NCBI GenBank assembly: GCA_027078545.1
Contig: JALWXN010000004.1
Span: 960,001-1,024,000, forward strand
Length of the DNA: 64,000 nucleotides
Direction: 5' to 3'
Source: Nitrososphaeria archaeon
GTDB lineage: Archaea > Thermoproteota > Nitrososphaeria > Geothermarchaeales > JDFR-13
Within the stretch, counting starts at the first letter, position 1; each line of letters begins with the position of its first letter. This document shows positions 9,443-20,187 of the stretch, one piece after another. Below the pieces are notes generated by a model. That model was not told where the DNA came from and did not search any database. It was given only the letters and a program-made list of their open reading frames with translations. The translations under genes were made by a program, and so were the position numbers.

Positions 9443-9525
9443 GGTCCCACCAGGAATATAACCTATTCTCAATAGAGTAGGGAGAGACGTATTTTAGCCC
9501 CTATATATAGGGTGTCCAGAAGGGG

Positions 9526-10020
9526 TCAATGCTTATGCCCACGGTAGACCTTTATAAGGTGGTCGGCCTCAGGGAGTATCAGCCTCTCTATACATAGCTC
9601 CACAGCCTTTGGAGACCCTGGTATCGCGTATACAAGGACACCCTTAACGAAGCCTGCCGTGGCCCTAGACGCCATTGCCCTCACACCGATCTCTTTCTCG
9701 CTATAGAGGATGTACAGCGTGTTGAACCCCGTTATCTCCTTCTCAAACATCCTCCTCAGCGTCTCATAGGTATAGTCGTCCTTCGCCACCCCGGTACCAC
9801 CTATGAAGACCAGGATGTTGTATGACTCCCTCCTAGCCATATCCACGGTACGCCTGATCATGTCGGGGTCGTCCCTGATCAGTACTCGCTTAACCTCCCT
9901 ATACCCCGCCTTCCTGAAGAGCTTCTCCGCCAGGTCGCCTGAGACATCCTCTATCTTCCCACCCTCCATCAACTTGTCATACCTGCTGGTGCTCACCGTA
10001 GCGATGAGCACCCTATACAT
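9526..10020 (-). CDS. moaB: Molybdopterin adenylyltransferase MoaB/MogA
   Basis: TVSTSR, DVSG, GGTGVAKDDYT, SRATAG, IPGSPKAV. Confidence 0.9.
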   Translation of the reverse strand: MYRVLIATVSTSRYDKLMEGGKIEDVSGDLAEKLFRKAGYREVKRVLIRDDPDMIRRTVDMARRESYNILVFIGGTGVAKDDYTYETLRRMFEKEITGFNTLYILYSEKEIGVRAMASRATAGFVKGVLVYAIPGSPKAVELCIERLILPEADHLIKVYRGHKH

Positions 10021-10048
10021 CGGGCCACCCACCTCCATAGGTGGCCAC

Positions 10049-10489
10049 CTACCTAGGCACCTTCTTCTTATAGACCACCTCTATACCCTCTATCCTCGTG
10101 TCGGGATAGTTACCAGTCTCATCCTTCTCATACTGCTTAACCATGTCCCATATACAGAGTAGCGCCGCGGCTACGCCTGTGAGGGCCTCCATCTCCACAC
10201 CCGTCTGCTCAATGCTCTTGACCCTGACCCATACATCTACATATGTATCCCCAATCTCGTGGCCCACCTCGACACCAGTGATCTTGATGGGGTGGCAGTA
10301 GGGGAGTATATCTGGGGTCTTCTTAACAGCGTTTATAGCTGCCACCTTAGACGACTCGATGACATCCCCCTTCTCAACACTACCCGTCCTGATCCTCTCT
10401 ATAGTCTCCCTCCTGAGGAGTATCCTACCCCTCGCCTCCGCCTCCCTATATACAAAGTCCTTCTTAGTTATGTCCACCATCCCGGGCAT
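10049..10489 (-). CDS. moaC: Cyclic pyranopterin monophosphate synthase
   Basis: MVDITKK, KGDV, LPYCHP, TGVEMEAL, IWDMVK. Confidence 0.95.
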   Translation of the reverse strand: MPGMVDITKKDFVYREAEARGRILLRRETIERIRTGSVEKGDVIESSKVAAINAVKKTPDILPYCHPIKITGVEVGHEIGDTYVDVWVRVKSIEQTGVEMEALTGVAAALLCIWDMVKQYEKDETGNYPDTRIEGIEVVYKKKVPR

Positions 10490-10598
10490 CGGGGGCACCA
10501 CCCAAATATAGTGTATAGACACGCTATTAACGGTTCCAGGCATGGGATGAGGGATATATTACCAGTGGGGCCAGACCTACTTATAATGTGGATCCGGG

Positions 10599-12215
10599 AT
10601 GGCGAAATACATCTTCGTGACCGGGGGCGTCCTCTCAAGCGTGGGTAAGGGGATAACAACCGCCTCCATAGCCAAGCTTATACAGGCGAGGGGCTACAGC
10701 GTAACCGCCGTGAAGATAGATCCCTACATCAACGTCGACGCTGGTACAATGAATCCATACATGCATGGAGAGGTCTTCGTAACCGACGACGGGGGAGAGA
10801 CAGACCTCGACATAGGCCACTACGAGAGGTTCCTAGGGAAGGACCTGGGCAAGCATAACAACATCACGACTGGGAAGGTCTATCTAAACGTGATCGAGAG
10901 GGAGAGGAGGGGTGACTACCTAGGCAAGTGTGTACAGATCATACCCCACATAACCGACGAGATAAAGAGGCTGATCAGGGAGGCGATCAAGAAGGACGGC
11001 GCCGATATAGGGATAGTCGAGATAGGCGGCACTGTGGGGGATATAGAGGGCCTTCCATTCCTAGAGGCGATTAGGCAGATGAGGTTTGAGTATGGCTCCG
11101 AGAACACCTTCTTCATCCATGTGGGGCTAGTACCCATACTCGACACGACGGGTGAGCAGAAGACTAAGCCGCTCCAGCACAGTATACAGGAGCTGAGACG
11201 TATAGGTATACAGCCCGACATGGTGATAGCCAGGTCTAGGAAGAAGCTCCTGAAGGAGACGGTGGCTAAGATAGCCCTATATGGAAACGTCCCAGAGGAG
11301 ATGGTGATATCCTCCCACGACGTCGAGACGGTCTATGAAGTACCACTCCTCCTGGAGAGGCAGGGAGTCTCAAGCAAGATACTTGGGAGGCTAGGCCTAG
11401 AGGATGGGGAGCCAGACCTGAGCGACCTAGAGGCATATGTAAACCGTTGGAAGAGGCTCTCAAAGACGGTCAACATAGGGATGATAGGCAAGTATACGAA
11501 GCTCAGGGACAGCTACATAAGCATAGTCGAGGCGATAAAACACGCCGCTACACAGGTGGGAGCCAAGCCAGAGCTACACTGGCTAGAATCCACAGATATA
11601 GAGAGGGACAGGGTAGACCTAGAAGGCTTCCTAGAGGAGATAGAGGGGGCAGTCATACTACCAGGGTTCGGGAGGAGGGGGGCCGAGGGAAAGATAATGG
11701 CCCTGAACGCCCTCAGGGAGAGTGGGAAGCCCACCCTAGGCATATGCTTCGGCTTCCAGCTAATGGTGGTGGAGTACGCCAGGAACGTGGCAGGGCTGAA
11801 GGGGGCCAACAGCACGGAGATAGACCCCTCGACCCCACACCCCGTCATAGACCTGATGGAGGAGCAGAGGAGGATGGATAGGCTGGGCGGGACGATGAGG
11901 CTCGGCGGATACGACATAGACCTGGTGGAGAACACCCTGGTATACAGCCTATACGGGAGGAAGAGGGTGAGGGAGAGGCATAGACATAGATATGAGGTGA
12001 ACCCGAGGTACTGGGACAAGATATTCGTCGACGGGCTAATAGCGGCTGGGTACAGCTTCGACGGGAGGGTAGAGTTCATAGAGCTGGAGGAGGAGCAGCA
12101 CCCCTTCTACATAGGTACACAGGCACATCCAGAGTTCAGGTCTAGGTATAACAACCCCGCCCCACTATTCACGGGACTCTTGAGGGCCTCGTTGAAAAAG
12201 ACGATAAAGGTATAG
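10599..12215 (+). CDS. pyrG: CTP synthase
   Basis: [60 protein letters not shown]. Confidence 0.98.
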   Translation: MAKYIFVTGGVLSSVGKGITTASIAKLIQARGYSVTAVKIDPYINVDAGTMNPYMHGEVFVTDDGGETDLDIGHYERFLGKDLGKHNNITTGKVYLNVIERERRGDYLGKCVQIIPHITDEIKRLIREAIKKDGADIGIVEIGGTVGDIEGLPFLEAIRQMRFEYGSENTFFIHVGLVPILDTTGEQKTKPLQHSIQELRRIGIQPDMVIARSRKKLLKETVAKIALYGNVPEEMVISSHDVETVYEVPLLLERQGVSSKILGRLGLEDGEPDLSDLEAYVNRWKRLSKTVNIGMIGKYTKLRDSYISIVEAIKHAATQVGAKPELHWLESTDIERDRVDLEGFLEEIEGAVILPGFGRRGAEGKIMALNALRESGKPTLGICFGFQLMVVEYARNVAGLKGANSTEIDPSTPHPVIDLMEEQRRMDRLGGTMRLGGYDIDLVENTLVYSLYGRKRVRERHRHRYEVNPRYWDKIFVDGLIAAGYSFDGRVEFIELEEEQHPFYIGTQAHPEFRSRYNNPAPLFTGLLRASLKKTIKV

Positions 12216-12283
12216 TCCATACTTTCACCGGGGTTTTAAAACCCGTCCACAGAATCAATATATATGGTTTAAAAGGTGGTACA

Positions 12284-12949
12284 ATGCGGTTTGACGTGGA
12301 GAAGGCGAAGAATGTCCAGACCCTCCTAGCCCCAAGGATAGTCGAGCGAGACATGTTTGTCTACCCCCCTAGAAACGTGGCTGGGGTCGACGTCGCATAC
12401 CTAGAGGACTACGCGATAGGGGCGGCGGTCCTCATGGACTACGAGGGGCTATACGTCATCGAGACGGCGGTGGCTGCTGTAAAGGTGGACATCCCATACG
12501 TCCCGACACTCCTCGCCTTCAGGGAGATACCCGCCATGGCGAAGGCTGTTAAGAGGCTTAGGTCTAGGCCCGACGTCCTACTCGTAGATGCACATGGGAA
12601 GATCCATCCCAGGAGGCTAGGGGCAGCCTCACACCTAGGGCTTATCCTAGGGATACCCACCATAGGCGTCGCCAAGAAGCATCTATACGGGAGGGACCTC
12701 GGGGGCAACATCGTAAACGGGAACGAGATCCTGGGTAGGAAGCTGGATAGAGGTATCTACGTAAGCGTTGGCCACATGGTCTCGCTGGACACCGCCGTAA
12801 AGATCGTGGAGAAGCTCAGGCTATACAGCCTACCCGAGCCTGTCAGGAGGGCCCATAAACTAGCCGACAAGGTAAAGAACATGGTTAAGCTGGGGGAGCT
12901 AGACCTGGAGAAGATTGTTGACGAGGGGCTCAACGGGGTCTTCTCCTAG
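12284..12949 (+). CDS. nfi: Endonuclease V
   Basis: AGVDVAY, PYVPTLLAFRE, LVDAHGKIHPRRLGAASHLG, IGVAKK, YVSVGH, PEPVRRAH. Confidence 0.95.
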   Translation: MRFDVEKAKNVQTLLAPRIVERDMFVYPPRNVAGVDVAYLEDYAIGAAVLMDYEGLYVIETAVAAVKVDIPYVPTLLAFREIPAMAKAVKRLRSRPDVLLVDAHGKIHPRRLGAASHLGLILGIPTIGVAKKHLYGRDLGGNIVNGNEILGRKLDRGIYVSVGHMVSLDTAVKIVEKLRLYSLPEPVRRAHKLADKVKNMVKLGELDLEKIVDEGLNGVFS

Positions 12950-13454
12950 TAAATGGCAATGCAAGGCTCTCCACACCCCTATACCTACCCCTATAGGGCC
13001 TATCGCTAGGGGTGGCCGTCCTAAAGAGTACTAGGTGGAGAATCCTCTCACCCCTCCTAAGAACGACATCCAGATTAGTGGGGTATAGAGCCACCGTCAA
13101 CCTACCCTCATAACCAGCGTCCACCACCGTGGGGGCTATGAAGACGCCGAGCCGTGCATAGCTACTCCTGATCTCTATAAGGCCCACAACATCCTCGGGA
13201 AGCGAGACATACTCCATCGTCGAGATCAGTGTCAATACCCCACGCCTCAGGATGAGCTCCTCGGAGAAGCCCCTCTCGAAAAAATCCTCGGGATCGGACT
13301 CCCCAGGCCTGAAAAGCCCCTCCCGAGCAAGTGCATACTCGCCGGAGAACCTCAGGTCCAGGCCGTTCTCCCTAACCGTATCCCCACCCAGCGGCTCGAC
13401 CCTTAGCCTACCCTCCCTGATAAGCCTCTCAATATCTGTGGAGCTCAGTATCAA
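12930..13454 (-). CDS. dcd: dCTP deaminase
   Basis: MILS, RENGLDLR, RSSYARLG, VDAGYEGRLT, PYRGRY. Confidence 0.9.
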   Translation of the reverse strand: MILSSTDIERLIREGRLRVEPLGGDTVRENGLDLRFSGEYALAREGLFRPGESDPEDFFERGFSEELILRRGVLTLISTMEYVSLPEDVVGLIEIRSSYARLGVFIAPTVVDAGYEGRLTVALYPTNLDVVLRRGERILHLVLFRTATPSDRPYRGRYRGVESLALPFTRRRPR

Positions 13455-14845
13455 GGCTTTCCACCGGGGATCTTCCTAGGCTCGAGATACTCCTTGTCAT
13501 AACCCATCGCGTCGAGATACTTCCTGAGGACAGGCGGTATCCTCACCCTCCCATCCTCCTCCTGGAAGTTCTCAATAATAGCTGTTATAGTCCTCTGCAT
13601 AGCCATAGCCGTACCGTTCAGGGTATGTACATACCCCTTTATCTCCTTACCCCTCTCCTCGGCATACCTGATGTTCAGCCTGTAGGACTGCCAGTCCGTA
13701 CAGTTACTGGCCGAGCATAGCTCCCTATACCTGAGCTGGGCAGGCATCCAGGCCTCCAGGTCATACTGCTTAATAGCCAGCCTATTCATATCGCCACTAG
13801 CCAGCACCACGACCTGGTAGGGTATCCCCAGCCCCCTATAGAGCTCCTCCTCATTCCTGATCAGCTCCTCATGGAGCTCCTCACTCTGACCAGGCTCGCA
13901 GAAAATGAACTGCTCCACCTTGTTGAACTGGTGGACCCTGAAGATACCCTTCGTATCCTTCCCATGGGCTCCAGCCTCCCTCCTGAAGCACGGGCTCCAC
14001 CCAGCCAGCTTTATAGGGAGCTCCCTAGTCTCGAGAACCTCGTCCATGTAGAGCCCGGCTATTGACTGTTCACTAGTCGCTATGAGGTATAGATCCTCGT
14101 CACAGACCTTGTAGAGCATCTCCTCGAAGGCCTCGAAGAAGGCGGCCCCCTCCATAACCCTCCTCCTAACCATGTAGGGAGGCTCGACCGGGATGTAGCC
14201 CCTCTTGACGAGGAACTCCATCGTATACATGGTGAGGGCCAACTCAAGGAGGACTAGGTCGTTGAAGACGTAGTAGAAGCGGGAGCCACTAGCCCTACCA
14301 GCCCTGATAATATCTACATAGCCCATCCCCTCCCCCCAGTCAGCATGGCCTATAGGCCTGAAATCTATCACCTCGGGCTCGAGATCAGGGTATAGCTCCC
14401 TGAACCTCTCGAGCTCCTCTCTATACACCCTAGGCCTACCCCATCGCCTAACAACCCTGTTCCCAGCCTCATCCTCGGCTACTGGCACGTCGGGCGCGAC
14501 TAGGTTGGGTATCCTGTTGAGAACAGACCTATACTCACCATCGATCCTTGCTATCCTCTCCTCCAGGCTACGTATCTCCTCATCGATCTTCCTAGACTCC
14601 TCGATGAGAGTCTTCCTCACATCCTGGCCAGCCTTGGGTATCCTCTTGGTGATGCTGTTCTTATAGGCCCTAAGCTCCTCCAATGACCTTTGGAGGGCCT
14701 TCCTAGTCCTAAGGAGCCTCTCTGCCCTATAGGCGAGGCCCTTATCCATATACCTCTTCTCAAGGCTCTCTATGAGTAGGCCTGGATCATTCTCAAGCAC
14801 ATACTCTATGCTATACTTCTTACCCACCTTGGACCAGTCAAGCAT
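13451..14845 (-). CDS. serS: Seryl-tRNA synthetase
   Basis: N-terminal coiled coil, LYLIATSE, FRREAGAHGKDTKGIFRVHQFNKVE, SASNCTDWQS, HTLNGT. Confidence 0.97.
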   Translation of the reverse strand: MLDWSKVGKKYSIEYVLENDPGLLIESLEKRYMDKGLAYRAERLLRTRKALQRSLEELRAYKNSITKRIPKAGQDVRKTLIEESRKIDEEIRSLEERIARIDGEYRSVLNRIPNLVAPDVPVAEDEAGNRVVRRWGRPRVYREELERFRELYPDLEPEVIDFRPIGHADWGEGMGYVDIIRAGRASGSRFYYVFNDLVLLELALTMYTMEFLVKRGYIPVEPPYMVRRRVMEGAAFFEAFEEMLYKVCDEDLYLIATSEQSIAGLYMDEVLETRELPIKLAGWSPCFRREAGAHGKDTKGIFRVHQFNKVEQFIFCEPGQSEELHEELIRNEEELYRGLGIPYQVVVLASGDMNRLAIKQYDLEAWMPAQLRYRELCSASNCTDWQSYRLNIRYAEERGKEIKGYVHTLNGTAMAMQRTITAIIENFQEEDGRVRIPPVLRKYLDAMGYDKEYLEPRKIPGGKP

Positions 14846-14948
14846 GGCTCAACACCGGGGCCGGAATAATCAATATATCCCACTAGCCATGTATTAATGG
14901 CCAGTCCACGGGTAGCGGGTATATAATCCACACATCCTAATAAGGGTT

Positions 14949-16070
14949 GTGATGAGCCAAGAGCCTCCACACTACAGGGTCTCACGAATTGCTAGGGAGC
15001 TCGAGGCCCAGGGCAGGGACGTTATCCACATGGAGATAGGTGATCCCGAGCTGGACACTGATCCAAGGATCATAGACGCGATGTGCAGGGCTGCTAGGGA
15101 GGGGCATACCCACTACGCGCCGGCAAGGGGTGTGAAGCCCCTACTCGAGAGGCTAGTGGACTATATGGAGAGCTTCATTAAGCCTGGGTTCGACCTATCG
15201 ACCGAGAACATCGTGGTCACCCCGGGGAGCAAGGTTGCTATATACACCGCCCTACGCCTACTGAGGCCTAGGAGGATCTATGTGGTCGAGCCTATGTGGG
15301 GGCTATACCACAGCTTCGCCTCCGAGATAGGGATAGAGGTCGTACCCATACCAACTAGGATGGAGGACGGCTGGGAGCCCAGGGGAGCCATTGAGGGCAT
15401 AGGCAAGGGCGACGCCATAGCCGTTGTAAACCCGAACAACCCTACAGGGACAATACTCAGTGAAGAGGCGGTCGAGATGATTGTAGAGGCGGTTAGCCGG
15501 GCAGACGCATATATCCTAGCGGACGAGGTCTACTTCGACCTAATCTACAGGGGATCCATGACCAGCTTCCTATCCATGGGCTACGAGAAGGTACTGGCAT
15601 TCTACACATTCTCGAAGAACTTCGTGATGTCGGGCTTCAGGGTGGGCTGGGTAGTCAGCCCAAGCAGGGAGCTGGCGAACAACTTCCTAAACAGGCTCCG
15701 CCTAATCGTGGGGGGCCCACCACCATTCTCCCAGTATGGAGCTGCGGAGGCCCTCACACTCAGAGAGGTCCTAGAGAGGAATAGGAGGTTCTACATCGAG
15801 ACGCTGGGATACTCGGTCGATAGGCTTAGAGAGATGGGCTTCAAGTTCGTGGAGCCGAGTGCTGGGATGTACATCTTCGCCAAGCCGCCAGTGGAGGATA
15901 TGGATGGGGTAGAGTTCACCTATAGGCTCCTCGAGGAGGAGGCGGTCGCCCTAGCACCGGGAACCGGCTTCGGCAACTATCCCGAGTACGTCAGGCTAAC
16001 CACAGCCCTTAAAAAGGAGAGGTTGGAGGAGGCCTTCAACAGGATGGAGCGTTTCCTCGAGAGGCTCTAG
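14949..16070 (+). CDS. Class I/II PLP aminotransferase (aspartate aminotransferase-like)
   Basis: IHMEIGDP, NPNNPTG, ADEVY, FSKNFVMSGFRVGW, LAPGTGFG. Confidence 0.9.
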   Translation: MMSQEPPHYRVSRIARELEAQGRDVIHMEIGDPELDTDPRIIDAMCRAAREGHTHYAPARGVKPLLERLVDYMESFIKPGFDLSTENIVVTPGSKVAIYTALRLLRPRRIYVVEPMWGLYHSFASEIGIEVVPIPTRMEDGWEPRGAIEGIGKGDAIAVVNPNNPTGTILSEEAVEMIVEAVSRADAYILADEVYFDLIYRGSMTSFLSMGYEKVLAFYTFSKNFVMSGFRVGWVVSPSRELANNFLNRLRLIVGGPPPFSQYGAAEALTLREVLERNRRFYIETLGYSVDRLREMGFKFVEPSAGMYIFAKPPVEDMDGVEFTYRLLEEEAVALAPGTGFGNYPEYVRLTTALKKERLEEAFNRMERFLERL

Positions 16071-16666
16071 ACGAAGACCACCCCATCCACCGACCTGACC
16101 ACGACGCCTCTGTATAGGAAGCTTATCTGCCTCAGGGCTAGGTGGTAGTCGAACTCGTTCAGGGCGCTTATACCATCCATTGGTACGTATACCTTGTACC
16201 ACCTGAGGGCGGCGCTCCCAGCCGTGTGGAGTACACAGATATTGGCTACAGTGCCGACAACCACTAGATCCTTGATGCCATAGATCCTTAGGAGGTCGTC
16301 CAGCGGCGTTCCGTAGAAACCGTCGTACCGGGTCTTCCTAACAACGATGTCCCCATCCCTAGGGGCGAGCTCATCAACTATCTCCCAGCCCCAAGTCCCA
16401 TACTTTGCATGGACACCCCAGATCCTATACTCAGGGTCATCCTCATAATGCGTATCCTGGGTGTAGAAGATCCTGACACCGGCCTCCCTAGCCCTCTCCA
16501 AGAGCCTCCTGATAGGCTCGACAGTGGCCTCGGCTGTAGGCACCCTGAGGGCCCCTCCCTCCTTCACGAAGTCGTTCTGCATATCAACGACTATCACGGC
16601 TGTGGATCCCCTATCCAGCTCAACCCGATCCACAACCTCATACTCGGGGACCTCTACACTGACCAT
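16067..16666 (-). CDS. Isochorismatase-family cysteine hydrolase (nicotinamidase-like)
   Basis: VVDMQNDF, KTRYDGF, GTVANICVLHTA (D-K-C triad). Confidence 0.88.
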   Translation of the reverse strand: MVSVEVPEYEVVDRVELDRGSTAVIVVDMQNDFVKEGGALRVPTAEATVEPIRRLLERAREAGVRIFYTQDTHYEDDPEYRIWGVHAKYGTWGWEIVDELAPRDGDIVVRKTRYDGFYGTPLDDLLRIYGIKDLVVVGTVANICVLHTAGSAALRWYKVYVPMDGISALNEFDYHLALRQISFLYRGVVVRSVDGVVFV

Positions 16667-16751
16667 CCCAGTCACCAGGCTATACAACCACTCAAGGTAT
16701 AGATAAGGAGATGTATAACTCTGAGCAGGTAGGTAGACCCCCGCCTATAAC

Positions 16752-17066
16752 ATGGCTATAGACATCAATATTGGTATGGAGAAGGACAGGAGCATAACTA
16801 GGAGCAGCAGAGGGAGGCTCGAGAGGAGGATACTGGTGGAGAGGGGGCTCTACACGATCGTGAAGTATCTCGACCTGAAGACCGGGGAGGAGGTCAGTGG
16901 TAAGTGGAAGATCTATCTCAAAGGCCCCAGTGGCCTTAGGGGCTACCTAATGATCAGGCTCAAGGATGGAGACAGATACCTAGCCATACCCGACGAGGAT
17001 GTAGACCCGGAGACATATGTCTACAACGAGGCCGAGGATAGGGAGGAGCCCCTATTCCCAGACTGA
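16752..17066 (+). CDS. Hypothetical protein (start may be at MEKDRS)
   Basis: Fills an intergenic gap; codon use matches neighbours; no recognised motif. Confidence 0.6.
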   Translation: MAIDINIGMEKDRSITRSSRGRLERRILVERGLYTIVKYLDLKTGEEVSGKWKIYLKGPSGLRGYLMIRLKDGDRYLAIPDEDVDPETYVYNEAEDREEPLFPD

Positions 17067-17122
17067 TATACGCGATATAAATCCCACCTGGTGTGAATAT
17101 GGCTTAGACAGAGGGATCCTCA

Positions 17123-18418
17123 ATGACCGACTACAACGAGCTTAGGAAGAAGTATGTCCCACGTGGGGTATACCTAGTAAACAACGTAACCGTTGTCAAG
17201 GGTGAGGGGGCAAAGGTATGGGACGTAAACGGTAGGGAGTATATAGACTTCACAACCGGTATAGCGGTCCTAAACCTTGGGCACAGGCCTAAGGAGGTGG
17301 TCGAGGCTATAAAGGAGCAGGCCGATAAGCTCCTACACCAGTGTATCCACGTAGCCAACTACCCACCATACCTAGAGCTGGCAGAGAAGCTAAGCAAGAA
17401 GTATAAATGGGGGGATGCCAAGACCCTACTCCTCAACAGTGGGGCCGAGGCAGTTGAGAACGCCGTCAAGATAGCCAGGTACTGGACGAGGGCGATGGGG
17501 ATAATAGTCTTCGACTACAGCTTCCACGGAAGGACAAACCTGACCATGACGATGACGAGTAAGCATAGGCCCTACAAGCTCTGGTTCGGGGCATACTCAC
17601 CCGGGATCATAAGGCTCCCATACCCAGACCCATACAGATGCCCCTTCAAAGCTGAGGACCCCGAGAAGTGTGGAGAATATGCTCTGGAGTATCTAGAGAA
17701 GGCCCTGAAGACCCATACCGATAAGGAGGAGACAGCAGCTATAGTCCTAGAGCCAGTGGCTGGAGAGGGTGGATACGTAGTCCCACCCAAAAACTTCGTC
17801 GAGGGGGTTGCTAAGATAGCGAGGGAGAACTGCATCCTATTCGTCAGCGACGAGGTCCAGACAGGCCTTGGAAGGACCGGCGAATTCTGGGGCATAGAAC
17901 ACTTCAATGCCGAGCCAGACCTGATAACAGTGGGTAAGGCCCTAGCATCAGGCCTACCACTCTCCGCGGTGGTGGGTAGGAAGGAGATAATGGACTCTGT
18001 ACACGAAGGCGGACTAGGCGGGACATTCGGCGGGAACCCATTGGCCGCCGCAGCAGCGATCAAGACGATCGAGCTGGTGGAGAAGAGCCTAGACAGAGCT
18101 AAGGAGGTGGGTAGGATGATGGAGAAGAGGATGGAGGAGCTGAAGGATAAGTACGACGTAATAGGGGACCATAGAGGCCTGGGACCCATGAGGGCCTTCG
18201 AGTTCGTCAAAGATAGGGAGAAGAAGACTCCCTACCCAGAACTCGTCAAGGTGCTCATCAAGAAGGGTGTCGAGAAGGGAATCCTACTCCTATCAGCGGG
18301 GATATATGGGAACGTCGTCAGGATAGTCCCACCGATAAACATAAGCGACGAGGATCTCGAGGAGGGCTTCAACAGGTTCGAGGAGGCCCTCAAGGAGGCG
18401 CTTAAGAGTGTCAAGTGA
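17123..18418 (+). CDS. gabT: 4-aminobutyrate/ornithine-type class III aminotransferase
   Basis: NSGAEAVENAVK, SFHGRT, EPVAGEGG, DEVQTGLGRTG, GGTFGGNP. Confidence 0.85.
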   Translation: MTDYNELRKKYVPRGVYLVNNVTVVKGEGAKVWDVNGREYIDFTTGIAVLNLGHRPKEVVEAIKEQADKLLHQCIHVANYPPYLELAEKLSKKYKWGDAKTLLLNSGAEAVENAVKIARYWTRAMGIIVFDYSFHGRTNLTMTMTSKHRPYKLWFGAYSPGIIRLPYPDPYRCPFKAEDPEKCGEYALEYLEKALKTHTDKEETAAIVLEPVAGEGGYVVPPKNFVEGVAKIARENCILFVSDEVQTGLGRTGEFWGIEHFNAEPDLITVGKALASGLPLSAVVGRKEIMDSVHEGGLGGTFGGNPLAAAAAIKTIELVEKSLDRAKEVGRMMEKRMEELKDKYDVIGDHRGLGPMRAFEFVKDREKKTPYPELVKVLIKKGVEKGILLLSAGIYGNVVRIVPPINISDEDLEEGFNRFEEALKEALKSVK

Positions 18419-19022
18419 GAAGCCCCTCTTCATAGTCCTAGAAGGCATAGACGGCTCGGGAAAGACTACCCAGGCCTTCAGGCTCGAGAGGTGGTTCAAG
18501 AAGAGTGGTAGGAAGGCCTACACCACTAGGGAGCCTACCGACGGGATAATAGGCGGCATAATAAGGGCAGCACTAAGCACAAAGCTCAGGATAAGCCCCA
18601 TGACCCTCCAAATACTCTTCGCCGCAGACCGGAGCGAGCATGTAAGGGAGATGGAGGAGAGGATAGCCAATGGATACAACGTGATATGCGATAGATACAT
18701 ACTCTCCAGCGTGGCTTATGGCATGATAGACCTAGACAAGGACTGGCTACTCAGGATGAACAGCCCATTCCCCAGGCCAGACCTAACAATCATACTCGAC
18801 CTCCCAGCAGAGACAGCCCTCAGAAGGGTTGGGAAGAGGTTCTCAAAGACACTATTCGAGAGGAGGAGCCTCCTAGAACAGATCAGGGAGAACTTCCTAG
18901 CCCTACATAGGGAGCTGGGTAAAGAGTATAACACCGTGGTGATCGACGCCTCGAGGAGCCCAGAGGAGATCCACCGAGACATACTGAATGTGCTGGGGGA
19001 TAGGCTCGGACTGGAGACCTAG
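18408..19022 (+). CDS. tmk: Thymidylate kinase
   Basis: FIVLEGIDGSGKTTQ, TREPT, LFAADR, CDRYILSSVAY. Confidence 0.95.
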   Translation: MSSEKPLFIVLEGIDGSGKTTQAFRLERWFKKSGRKAYTTREPTDGIIGGIIRAALSTKLRISPMTLQILFAADRSEHVREMEERIANGYNVICDRYILSSVAYGMIDLDKDWLLRMNSPFPRPDLTIILDLPAETALRRVGKRFSKTLFERRSLLEQIRENFLALHRELGKEYNTVVIDASRSPEEIHRDILNVLGDRLGLET

Positions 19023-19065
19023 AGAGTAGTTACATGAATAAGCATCCGAGGCAATACAGATATTA

Positions 19066-20187
19066 TTGGAGATGGACATAGAGGTATACACCTACCTCGT
19101 AAGGCCAGACACATTCGGGATATGGAACCATAAGGAGGTACGGGAGAGGCTCTCATGGTACTACAGCGTAATGAAGAAGATATATCCACCCAGATACCTG
19201 ATAGCCAGGCACACCCCGGTAGAATATACACGGGACATGGGGCTGATTGAGCTCCTAGAGATACACGCCAAGACTAGGAGGGAGTTTGAGAAGCTCCTGA
19301 GAGACGTGGTCAATGGTGAGAGGCTCGATAGGCTCGAGAAGCCTGTGAAAAGCTTCCTAGACCTGAAGATAGACATAGCCTATAAACTCCTCGAGAACTG
19401 TGGGCTATGCGAGTGGAACTGCCGGGTGAACAGGCTGGCCGGGAGGAGAGGTGTATGTGGACTGGGGAGGGAGGCATACATAGGATCCGCATTCCTACAC
19501 TTCGGCGAGGAGGCCCCACTAGTCCCCAGCGGGACGATATTCTTCACCGGCTGCAGCCTCAAATGCGTCTTCTGCCAGAACTGGGACATAAGCCACCACG
19601 CGGAGGCCGGGGTAGTGGCCGATGCCCATAGGATAGCTGAGGTGGCCACGGAGCTCGCGGACAGCGGGGCTAAGAACATCAACTATGTAGGTGGAAACCC
19701 GGACCAGAGCCTCCACCTAATACTGGAGTCGATGAGGTATCTCGACAGGTGGATACCACAGCTATGGAACAGCAACATGTACATGACAGAAGAGGCGCTG
19801 GAGCTCCTCCTAGACGTTATAGATATATGGCTACCAGACCTGAAGTGGTGGGACGACAGCCACGCCTTCGCCTACAGCAGGATAAAGAGGTATAGAGAGG
19901 TGGTCACGAGGAACATCAAGAGGGTTCACGACCATGGGGCGGACATGATTATACGCCACCTAATAATGCCTAACCACGTGGAGTGCTGCACACTACCCAT
20001 ACTAGACTGGATAGCCGAGAACACACCCAGAGCCCTGGTAAACATCATGGATCAGTATAGGCCTGAGTACAAGGCCGCGAAGGAGGAGAGGTTCAGGGAG
20101 ATAGGGAGGAGGGTGACTAGGGAGGAGGTTAGGAAGGCCATGCGCCACGCATCTAGACTAGGGATAGTCTACGAACCAATATCCTAG
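19066..20187 (+). CDS. Radical SAM protein, PflX-like
   Basis: CGLCEWNCRVNR, HFGEEAPLVPSGTIFFTGCSLKCVFCQNWDIS, WNSNMY, IIRHLIMP. Confidence 0.9.
   Translation: MEMDIEVYTYLVRPDTFGIWNHKEVRERLSWYYSVMKKIYPPRYLIARHTPVEYTRDMGLIELLEIHAKTRREFEKLLRDVVNGERLDRLEKPVKSFLDLKIDIAYKLLENCGLCEWNCRVNRLAGRRGVCGLGREAYIGSAFLHFGEEAPLVPSGTIFFTGCSLKCVFCQNWDISHHAEAGVVADAHRIAEVATELADSGAKNINYVGGNPDQSLHLILESMRYLDRWIPQLWNSNMYMTEEALELLLDVIDIWLPDLKWWDDSHAFAYSRIKRYREVVTRNIKRVHDHGADMIIRHLIMPNHVECCTLPILDWIAENTPRALVNIMDQYRPEYKAAKEERFREIGRRVTREEVRKAMRHASRLGIVYEPIS

Noticed and set aside
17572-18210. 212-aa minus-strand ORF, and similar antisense ORFs over pyrG, acdA, degT, rgy and copA
   Set aside because: Ser-rich shadows caused by the codon bias of the real opposite-strand genes
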